Source: Cenococcum geophilum
Lineage: Eukaryota
DNA length: 64,000 bases
Direction: 5' to 3'
Assembly: GCA_050273025.1 (NCBI GenBank)
Contig: CP158635.1
Span: 14,074,001-14,138,000 of the forward strand
Shown: positions 54,500 to 64,000 of the stretch, in pieces
How positions within the stretch are numbered: the stretch's first letter is position 1
Layout of the letters: each line of letters begins with the position of its first letter
The notes under the pieces: model-generated
The model's database searches: none
What the model saw: only the letters and a program-made list of their open reading frames with translations
Told to the model about the DNA's origin: nothing
Program-made: the position numbers and the translations under genes

Positions 54500-54951
54500 T
54501 GTTAATTTGCGTAAGCGGAGGTCGGAGGACGACAGGGTGAACAATGTAGTGAAGTAAGTGAAGTGGATAAACTTGATGCAATTGATGATGTCTATCTACG
54601 GGGGATCGAGTCTCTATATACCTGGAAGACCCTAGTTCCAGAACGTCTACGTTCCGTCTCGTATTCTGATACGTTACCTAATACACTAGGTAATACGTTA
54701 CCTAACACACTAGGTGATACATTACCTAATACACTAGGTGATACGTTACCTGATATACTAGGTAATACGTTACCTAATACACTGGCTAATACACTAGCTA
54801 ATACTATCTAATACACTAGTTGATACACTAGTTAATACACTAGTTGATACACTAGCTGATACCATCTAATACACCGCGTAAAGCCGTAGGGTTCTTCCAG
54901 GGTGTTCTTATGTAATGCTTACATAAGCAACATCAGAGATTATCATTGACA
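54500..54951. mobile_element. Solo LTR-like insertion I (452 bp) with an internal 12-bp tandem array
   Basis: TGTTAAT...ATTGACA termini; TSD ATAGC at 54495-54499 and 54952-54956. Confidence 0.8.
54667..54875. repeat. 12-bp minisatellite (GATACACTAGCT/TAATACGTTACC variants)
   Basis: Read directly; produces the spurious TLPNTLG ORF. Confidence 0.85.
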
Positions 54952-57333
54952 ATAGCTACTATCTCTAACCTCTAGAGTTTAGCAGCTAATTTAAAATTGG
55001 AAAATAGAGAGAATCTCTCTAAAATGGCAAAACCGTAGTCTCCCCCTATTTCTGCATCCTTTTCTATCTTAAAAGGTAGTAAGGAAGAAGCTGCATAAGA
55101 ATATCTAAGACTAGTAGAAAATCTACAAGAATCCCTAGAGTGGGACTTAGTAAATATATACTATATAGATAGCTCTAAAGACAATAAATTTAATATAGCT
55201 GCCGTATATAAAATAGGGGAGAGAAATAGGATTAAATATGCAACGAACTGGAATTTAGGACTCTATATAGAAATTATAAATATAGAGATCTATGCAGTCT
55301 ATAGGGCTCTAGAACACCTAAAATAATAAAGATTAGAAGAGAAATAAGTCTATATCTTTATAGATAGCTAGGCGGCTATTAAGAGATTATAGCTTAATTC
55401 TCTTATAGGGGGCAAGAACTAGTCTTTAAAATTACGCAAAGCTGTTCCTATTTAGCTAATAAGGGGATCTCTATTAACTTTTACTGGGTTCCTAGCTATC
55501 TAGGAATCTATAGAAACGAAATAATAGATAAGCTAGCTAAAAAGGGCCTTTTTAGAAGAAAACTATAATGTTTTTATACCTCCCTAGCCTATATAAGGAG
55601 AGCAGCAAGAGAAAAGATACTAAAATAGTAGAAAAACAACTAGCAACAGAATAAAAATAAAGAAAAATACTATACTAGGATCTATAAAGGAAGTTATTCC
55701 TTTTCTCTTAAAGCCCCTAAGGATAAATATCCTAAAAGGCTATTTTAAATCCTTCTCTAAAGTAATAGGGGGGGATAAAGATAGTAGATACTTTAGGGTA
55801 TATAGAGTACTATAAACCCCTAGGCATTTACTACTAGACTATAACCTATATAGAGAAGAAAGAAGAGAAATGCAAAAGAAACTAAGCTCTTCTCTCTCTT
55901 TAGAAAAGCTATTTTGTACATAAAAAGGAAGAGAGGCGCTTTTTCTATTTCTAAGTAGGATAGGGATAGCTACTAGAAAGTGGCTAATAACAGCAGGATC
56001 TATAGAAGGAGGTAACTCCTACTAGGCTCCTAGTAAAGAGATATTAGTAAGTAATATTATAGATTAGCTTAAGCGTCTCTTAAATAAACTCGTTATTTAG
56101 GTATTCGTTAACTATAATCTGTTTAATTAATTAATTAGTTATTTTAAGGACGTGTACTATAAAGCCTTTAGTAGGAGGGTTAAATAGTTTAGGGCGAAGT
56201 AGGGTTTAATTTTAGTAAGAGCACGCTTTTTTTAGGGCTGGCGTATCTTATAAGTATTAGGTTAGGGCATTAGGCTTTTAACCTTAAACGCCTAGGCGGT
56301 ACGTAATTAAGAATTAGAAGTGTAATAGATATTCTAACTAGTAGGCCTAATAATAACTTAGCTGTTTTATAGTTGTGAAGTACTATAGGTTCTTATAGTC
56401 GCTAAGGACCTTAATTAGAAATCTGGCGCCTTCTAGTTTAGGTCGCTATTACTTAAAGCATCTAATAATAGCTAGAAATTCTTTATTATAGATCTTATAA
56501 TTATATTCGGCAGGGCTTAGTTATTTTAAAAAAGTATGCTATGGGGTATAATACTCCTTCTTTATTATATTAAGATAGAATACCTCTAGTAACGTAATTA
56601 GACAAGCCGGCTTCTACAATACTTATTTATTCTAGGTTAAAGTATTAGAGTATAGGTGTAGTAGTAAATATAACCTTTAGATAAGTAAAGGCCTTTTTAT
56701 ATTCCTTATTAAAGATAAAAGCTTTATTCTTTTAGGTTAAAGTAATAAAGGGTAAAACTAGGGCGGAAAGGTTATTAATAAACTGTTAGTAGAAATTGGC
56801 AAATCCTATAAAGGCTCTTATATTTTTAACGTTCTTAGGTTCTTACCAGTTTATAATTACTTTAACTTTCTTTAGGTCTATTTATATACTATTTATAAAA
56901 ATAAGGAGTTTAAGGTATAGAACTTCCGTTTTATAAAACTCGTATTTATCTATATTTAATTATAGACTAGCTTTATGCAGGGCTTATAAAATAAAGTTAA
57001 CATATTCCCAATATTTAGTTAGGTTATTACTATATATTAGGATGTCGTTAATATAAGCAGTATAGAAGATATCTAGGTAGGGACGTAGGGTGTTATTTAT
57101 ATAATATTAAAACGAGCTTAGAGTATTTATTAGGCCAAATAGCATTACTAAGTATTTAAATAATCTATACTAAGTACGAAATGTAGTAAGCTATTTGTCT
57201 CCTTTCATTATACGGAGGCGGTTAAATATAGAGATAATATTAAGCTTTATATAATAGCGAGCCTTACTTAGTTAGTTTAGTATCTCCTATATTAACGGGA
57301 TTAGATATTAGTTCTTAACGGTAACAGCGTTAA

Positions 57334-57526
57334 TATAACGGCTTAAACTATTAAACAAATGTCTCGATAGAGACTTAAATAAATGCTTGCAAGAAGAAGC
57401 GAACGAATGTTGTATTATAAAGATATTAAGCTAAGGAGCAAGAGAAGGTGGTGAGGCCACGTCCATATACACATGCTAAGTCCTAAGCGAACCCCTAACT
57501 AGGTGACGCGCCCCAGCGCCGTTATA
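57334..57526. mobile_element. Solo LTR H (193 bp)
   Basis: TATAACGGC...GCCGTTATA (RIPed TGTAACGGC/GCCGTTACA); TSD GTTAA at 57329-57333 and 57527-57531; interrupts E3 RT. Confidence 0.85.
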
Positions 57527-60058
57527 GTTAAGAGCTTAGTAGTCTATATAAAAGTATAAACTGCTACCGGGTTTTTTAATAAAGATTACTAGTACGGCTA
57601 TAGGCGACGAGCTTACTCTAATAAATTCTTTACTTAGGTTCTTATCTAAATACTTTTATAGCACTTAGAGTTTATTTTAGGATATCCCGTATAGGGGTTT
57701 AAATCTAGGCTGCTTTCCTTCTTTAAGTACAATTATATAGTTATATAATCGGTGTTCCAGTAGCTTATTGGCTTCCTTCCATAAGAATACCTCTAGGCGG
57801 TTATAGTACTCTATTAGTACCTTTATAGTAGGGTTAGTGTGCTTTTTCGGTGTTAAGGCCTTTATAATATCAGCTATAGTAACAGTAAAGATTATATATT
57901 TGGGTTTCTTGGCGAGTTGCGCTAATAGGGTAGCTCCAATTATATAGATATCTAGGGCGTTAAGTAAGCTCTAGTTGTCCGCAGTTTCTTATATAGTTCC
58001 TTACTCGATTTTAGGTTCGGTGTTAGGTATAGAGTTAGTATTAGATTTAGGTTTGGGTTTTTAAGTATTCTTTTTATTATAGGGTACCAGTTTTTCTAGT
58101 AGTTTTATATACTAAGCTTAAGCTTCTGCTTAGTTCGGGGCGGTGTAGTACTTAGGGTCTGTTTGTGGGGTTTAGTGGAATTTTTAAATCCTTAATAGAT
58201 ATTAGTAGAAATCTTACGTTAGTAAAATTTAGTAAAATTCCTAGGGTAGTAGAATCTGGTAAATTCTTTAGGCGTAGAGTAGACATTAGTGGAAATCTTA
58301 GGCTAATAGATTTTAGTAGATTTTCTAGATTTTAGTTTAGGGTTAAGACAGTATATTATAAGGCACTTCTACTTATAACAGGAGGCGGTAAATAAAAGCT
58401 TAAGGTTGTTTTAATTAATGGTTACCTTATATAGCTTTATCTAAGGTTATTTAAAGATTACTAGGTGATCTAAGGTAGTAATAAAAAGCTTAATTAGTTC
58501 TTCGTGGTTTAAACATTAAAGTCTTAGGTATACTACGTAGGTAATTTAGCCTAAGACTGTGCGTTTACTATTAAATTTAAATGTATTAATATGCCGGTCA
58601 AGGGGAATTAGGGTAAAACTATTATCTTATACAAAAATCTTATTAATAAATCCTATGCCACTAGCTCCTGTATTAATTAGGACTTAAGTATTAGCCTATT
58701 AATTATTCTACTAAAGACGATAGTTAATAGTTATACTACGATCCTAAGAGTTAGAGTTCGTGACATCTAAAGCATTTAATGAAATCCTAAGGTAGAGCTG
58801 TTCTGGAGAGCGACTTAACTCCTAAAACGTGCCTTTTAGTAGCGAGCGGGAAGGGGTTTCTATAGAACGTCGGTTATAGCTTCGCCCTTATAAGTAGTGC
58901 TTATTAGATATAGGGCTAAAACCAGGTAAAGATTAGGGGTGGTAACTAGAAGATCGATGCGGTAAATAGTTGCTAGTGTTAGCCGTTTATAAATTGTTTT
59001 AGGGCGTAGGTAAGGGGACGAGATAGTATTTTAAAATATAGTTCTTACTTCCGCACTTAAAGTAGAGGCCTAGCTTAATGCGTCTTTCTTATTTAGGGGA
59101 CCCTAGTAGGGCGTACTTTAGGGTTCCAGTATTAATATCTATAGCATTAGGGTGCTTAGGCTAAGATAATAACTTAATAGACGTTTATAGGGTTGCCGTA
59201 TTATATTAGGGGGCGGGCTTTAGTATTAGGCGTAGTATATTATTATACTATTTATTAATGACATTTGCGCAGGCATTAAGGGCTCCTAGTAGGTCTACGC
59301 CTATTAGGGAGGTTTTTAGTTTAGGGCTTAGAGATTTAATAAGGCTGTTAATTAATACGGAGTCGTTTTAGCCTATTTCCCTTACGTAACGGTTAAATTT
59401 AGAGAAGTATACTAGGAAACTTTTTATTCCTTAAGCTATGTAGCTTATCTTTCTCTAGGTAGTAGCTTAGCAGTTTAGGTTACTATATAAGGCTTTAAGA
59501 AGTACAACTAGGCTTTATACTAAGGTTAGCTAAAGAGGTTTAATAAGGTTAGTTACCTCTTCTCCTAGTTAACTTAGGGCGTAACAGAGTTAGTTAGCTT
59601 TAGTTAGGTAACAATTAGTATTACTAGTTAGCTTATTTTTAAGCTAGCTTAGGAATAATTAGAGTTTTTATTATTTACTAGTAAATACTAGGGAATCTAG
59701 TAGTTGTTTAGATTATTTTAGTATAGTAATTGGTTTAAGGTAGATAGTTGCTATAGGTTCGGGGCTTACGTTCCACGTGTTTATCTTTAAAGATAGTATT
59801 TAGTCTTAGGGCCCTAATATAGGCATCTTAAGTATGCGGATTTCTTCTTAGAGGTCCTTAATTAATTACTAGTATTATACTTCTTATTCGGCTTATTATT
59901 AATTTAAAGTAGCTTAGTTTTATATAAGGGCGTCTATAAAAGACTTTTATATTTTTACTAGTTATTTCTAAAGTGCGGATATAATACCGGCGGCTGTTAT
60001 AGGGGCTTTAGGGTTGTTCTGCATTTTAGATGTAGTATATAAAGTTAACGTAACGTAG

Positions 60059-60428
60059 TGTTATGGAGTAAGTATAAGCGGCGATAATATATAGCAAGGT
60101 AGATATTATTAAGCTATATATATAAACTATATAAGAAGTTAAGCCGTTATATAAGAAAAGAAGGTAAGAAAATAGGAAAAAAGGGCATATATTATTAACT
60201 TGGTTGTTTAATTAATATATATATAGGGCAGAACAGGGTTTAGGTCGTGGTCCTAGTAAAACTTAGTAGAATTTGGTAGAACTTAGCAGAATATGGCAGA
60301 ATGCCGTAGATTGCCGTTAGATTGCCATCAGATTGCCATTAGATTGCTATTTCGCGGTTAGTCTCTAATTACTAAGTTAGTGGAAATAGGTAGATGTATA
60401 TAAGGTATTATAAGGGTGTCCCGTAATA
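60059..60428 (-). repeat. E3 5' LTR
   Basis: TGTTATGGAG...CCGTAATA, 370 bp. Confidence 0.9.
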
Positions 60429-60792
60429 ATAAGGCCTTAAAGACCTATAGACTACTTATAGCTAGAGTATACCTTACTATAGGTTACTACCTACGACTTA
60501 GAAGATCTATAACAACGGCTATTCTATATATAAAAAGGTAAAGTAAATTACTTAACCTCAGAAAGCTACCGCCCCATTACCTTAGAAAATACCCTTAATA
60601 AGATCTTAAAAAGGGTAATAGTAGACTATATAGTAGATATAGTTAAGGAATATACCCTACTACTATAAAGCTATATCGGCAAAATATGGTACCCTACCAA
60701 TGGCCTCAATGGTTAGTGGTTGACGTAATTGGCGCGCAGTTGAGGGCATTTAGCAACTCGACCGACTAGCCTATGTCATGTTTTTTTAACAC

Positions 60793-60860
60793 GCAGCCTG
60801 CGCGCAGCCTACGCGCAACCTACGCGCAACCTGCGCGAAACCTGCTAGCAATCTACGCAT
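60793..60860. repeat. 11-bp GC-rich tandem repeat (GCGCAACCTAC)
   Basis: About 5-6 degenerate units read directly. Confidence 0.75.
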
Positions 60861-60999
60861 TTGGCAACCACAATTATATTTACCTCTTTTATACTAATAG
60901 CATATTTTAAATAAATAAAAGCTACTTTAAGGCTATTTATAAGGCTAGCAAAATAAATATTATTTTAAATAATTTAATATAATATAGTAATGGTTCTCT

Positions 61000-61432
61000 T
61001 CTACCTATCTACCTATTAACTTACCTACCTACCTATCTACCTACCTACCTACATCGCCTACCTGTCTACATTGCCTACCTATCTACATCGCCTACCTATC
61101 TGCATTGCCTACCTATCTATATCGCCTACCTATCTGCATCGCCTACCTATCTATATCGCCTACCTATCTGTATTATCTACCTATTTACATTACCTACCTA
61201 TTTACATCGCCTACCTATCTGCATTGCCTACCTATCTATATCGCCTACCTGTCTATATCGCCTACCTATTTACATCTGCCTACCTATCTATATCTGCCTA
61301 CCCGTTAGCATTTACTTACCTATCTGTATCTGCTTACCTATCTGTATCTAATTACCAGTCTACATCTGCCTACCTATTAGCATCTGCCTACCCGTTAGCA
61401 TCTCTCTGTTTATACCTACCTGTTTATACTGC
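61000..61432. repeat. 17-bp (GCCTACCTATCTACATC) array grading into an 18-bp array
   Basis: Read directly; source of ORFs 61071..61442 and 61105..61308. Confidence 0.88.
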
Positions 61433-61489
61433 CTTGATTTAATCGATCGATTAAATCGTTTATAGTGTTCGCTGGCTAGTCGTTGTTGT

Positions 61490-61862
61490 CTGGCTTTAGT
61501 GACAGTCGTCTAGTTCTGGCGACGGTTGTCTAGTTCTGGTAACGGTTGTCTGGTTCTAGCGACGATCGTCTAGTTCTAGCAACGGTCGTCTAGCTCTGGC
61601 GACGGTCGTCTGGCGACGGTCGTCTGGCGACGGTCGTGTGGTTCTGGTAACGGTCGTCTGGCGACGGCAACGGTTGTCTAGTTCTAGTAACGGTCGTCTA
61701 GTTCTAGCGATAGTCGTCTGGTTCTGGCGACGGTCGTCTTATTCTGGCGACGGTTGTCTGGTTCTAGTAACGGTATTCTAGTTCTGGCGACGGTGACGAT
61801 CGTCTAGTTCTGGTAACAGTCGTCTAGTTCTAGCAACGGTCCTCTACTAGCTGCCGTTCTGG
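61490..61862. repeat. 20-bp array (GTTCTGGCGACGGTCGTCTA) with shorter 14-bp variants
   Basis: Read directly. Confidence 0.88.
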
Positions 61863-61959
61863 TACCTCCCTAGGTAGGGAGGATATAAGAAAGAATAAAT
61901 AGATAAAAAAAATAAGGTGGCTATATAGGAGAGGCTATTGGGAATATAGCGGGGACCCG

Positions 61960-62502
61960 ATGCAGAGCTTCGTGTAGAGCCTCTGTACGCAGAGCTTCGC
62001 GCAGAGCCTCGTGCAGAGCTTCGTGCAGAGCCTCGTGCAGAGCCTCCGTACGCAGAGCTTCGCGCAGAGCCTCTATACGTAGAGCTTCGGGCAGAGCCTT
62101 TATACGCAGAGCTTCGTATAGAGCCTCGTGTAGAGCCTTATGCAAAGCTTCGTGTAGAGCTTCGTGCAGAACTTCGTGCAGAGCTTCGTGCAGAGCTTCG
62201 TGCAGAGCTTCGTGCAGAGCTTCGTGCAGAGCTTCGTGCAGAGCTTCGTGCAGAGCTTCGTGCAGAGCTTCGTGCAGAGCTTCGTGCAGAGCTTCGTGCA
62301 GAGCTTCGTGCAGAGCTTCGTGCAGAGCTTCGTGCAGAGCTTCGTGCAGAGCTTCGTGCAGAGCTTCGTGCAGAGCTTCGTGCAGAGCTTCGTGCAGAGC
62401 TTCGTGCAGAGCTTCGTGCAGAGCTTCGTGCAGAGCTTCGTGCAGAGCCTCTGTACGTAGAGCTTCGTATAGAGCTTCGTGTAGAGCCTTATGCAGAGCC
62501 TC
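61960..62502. repeat. 12-bp array (TTCGTGCAGAGC), 23 perfect units at 62173-62448 with degenerate flanks
   Basis: Read directly; FVQS/EALH ORFs. Confidence 0.95.
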
Positions 62503-62594
62503 TAAGTAATAAAACTATATAAAAATTCATTTACGTAATTAGCATATAACTTTACCTTAATTGCATGTTAAGGAATATACAGTTAGCTTTTAAA

Positions 62595-63035
62595 GTTGTT
62601 AAGTAGGTTAACTGCGTGTTATTTAACTTTTAAATATATTAAGTAGGTTAACTGCGTGTTAAGTTAGTTAAATTATATATTAAATAGGTTAACTGCGTAT
62701 TAAGTTAGTTAAATTATATATTAAATAGGTTAACTGCGTATTGAGTTAGTTAAATTGCATGTTAAGTAGGTTAACTGCGTATTAAGTTAGTTAAATTGCA
62801 TGTTAAGTAGGTTAACTGCGTATTAAGTTAGTTAAATTGCATATTAAGTAGGTCAACTGTATGTTAAGTTAGTTAAATTGCATGTTAAATAGGTCAACTG
62901 CGTGTTGAGTTAGTTAAATTGCATGTTAAGTAGGTCAACTATGTGTTAAGTTGGTCAAATTGCGTGTCAAGTTGGTCAATTGCGTGTTAAGTTGGTCAAT
63001 TGCGTATCGAGTTGGTTAAATTGCATGTCAATTAC
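62595..63035. repeat. 41-bp (20+21) subterminal array GTTAAGTAGGTCAACTGCGT-ATTAAGTTAGTTAAATTGCAT
   Basis: Period 41 (e.g. 62761 and 62802). Confidence 0.88.
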
Positions 63036-64000
63036 GCGAAACGCGAACACTAAAGTCAACTTAAATCTCATCCTGCGAATATTTTCCCGATGTAAATAGG
63101 GGCAAGAAAGAACCGCTTAACATTATTAGCACTTAAGCTACTTACTACTACTATTAAATTTATATAGGCGATACGAAGGGACTTTATAGTATTAATGCTT
63201 AGCCTAGATATTAGTGGTGCCTATAATAATATACCCTATAAGCGCCTTCTATATATCCTTAGAGTAAAGGGCTTCTTAAAATAGATTATATAATTTATTT
63301 AAGGGTTTATAGGCTAGAAAGAAATATTACTAGTCTTTAATGGGTACTAAAGCCCCCTATTATAGTTATAACAGAAATACTATAAGAATTACCCCTCTTG
63401 CCTATACTCTTCCTTTTCTTTATAAGCAACCTACTTAACTTCTTTAAGGAAGGGGCAACCTAGGGGATAGGCTTTGTTAATAATATAAACCTAATTATAT
63501 ACGGGCTAATAGCTATAGAGAATTATAAAACACTAGTGAAAGCTTATAATACCTATATAAAATAGGTAAGACAATATAGAGTCTAATTCTCTCTAAAGAA
63601 ATACTAGCTAATCTATTTTATAAGAAAACGCAACTAATTTGTAGATCTTTAGCATATAATTTATATTTAAGGCTTTAGAGGTTAACTAGTTTAAGGCCTA
63701 AGGGTATTAGGAGTATAAGTAAATAATAAGCTAAAACAGACACTAAAATATATAATACTATTACCCCTTATGCACTAACTAAGAAGTAATACTCCTAGCA
63801 GCTAGTATAGAGAACTATAATATACTGCTCTTAATATAAAAAGGTCTTAAGGTGGTTACCTAGTAACTTATTAGCTAAAATATACTAGACCAATTCTAGG
63901 TTATAAAGGCAAAGGGGCGTCCCCTAATAACTCTATAGTAGTAGAGTAAGGATTGCAATACTAGCGCGTCCGTAGGCTTATTACGGCAGCAGTGGTTTTT

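Larger units (their letters stand above)
32078..56062 (+). mobile_element. LINE D ORF2 region (APE-RT-RNase H), segments 32078-32682, 52122-54499, 54952-56062
   Basis: DIILVQEP ~32224, GDYNLYY ~32581, KKAPGLDGI ~53083, YRPISLLNYLGK ~53272, FLDVKGAF ~53491, GIL*GSPISPILF ~53665, YIDNF ~53761; RNase H YIDSS ~55162, FIDS*AAI ~55357, WVPSYLGIYRNEIIDKLAK ~55485. Confidence 0.9.
56063..60428 (-). mobile_element. Gypsy family E copy E3, 5' part (5' LTR to RNase H/linker)
   Basis: Colinear with E2 45847-50000; 5' LTR 60059-60428. Confidence 0.9.
60674..63092. mobile_element. Non-autonomous DNA-transposon-like element (2419 bp), TA TSD, 14-bp imperfect TIR, filled with tandem repeats
   Basis: Empty site AAAGC-TA-AATAGGGGC (A2 ~12001); left TA|TATCGGCAAAATAT, right ATATTTTCCCGATG|TA; no transposase recognisable. 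Confidence 0.8.
60429..64000 (+). mobile_element. LINE family A copy A4 (RT to 3' UTR) with internal deletions, interrupted by the TIR element
   Basis: Colinear with A2 from ~11744; YRPITLENTL ~60567, SLDISGAYNN ~63201. Confidence 0.9.

Noticed and set aside
54563..54811. 82-aa TLPNTLG-repeat ORF
   Set aside because: Translation of the 12-bp array within a solo LTR.
61071..61442. 123-aa and 67-aa ORFs
   Set aside because: Translations of the 17/18-bp minisatellite.
62164..62460. FVQS-repeat ORF as a protein gene
   Set aside because: Product of a 12-bp tandem array; no real ATG context.
1..64000. Host genes, Starship captain/cargo, rRNA/tRNA
   Set aside because: Essentially every base is assigned to TE-derived sequence; no such motifs seen.

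Overview
The whole 64 kb is a gene-free, AT-rich block of nested transposable elements from a filamentous ascomycete. It is heavily hit by RIP (repeat-induced point mutation: CpA->TpA and TpG->TpA, giving stop-riddled ORFs such as YIDD->YINN). I found no intact host gene, rRNA, tRNA or CRISPR array. Element labels below are my own. Non-LTR elements: four copies of Tad1-like LINE family A; a chimeric LINE B with a 1.1-kb non-coding head; an RNase-H-containing LINE D; three copies of a ~2.15-kb gag-only element C that shares its 3' junction with LINE D (HAL1/HeT-A-like logic); and a 1.1-kb structured SINE-like element S whose 3' tail resembles A and B. LTR-type elements: one DIRS/Ngaro-type retroelement, three Ty3/Gypsy families (E x3, F, G x2; E and G with chromodomain) that all show Tf1-type self-priming, and two solo LTRs. 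Near the right end is a 2.4-kb TA-TSD, short-TIR non-autonomous DNA element built largely of tandem-repeat arrays. The junctions suggest the window is the right half of a ~10-level nest, and every same-family nesting is antisense. Boundaries with TSDs were read to the base; pseudo-ORF limits are approximate.
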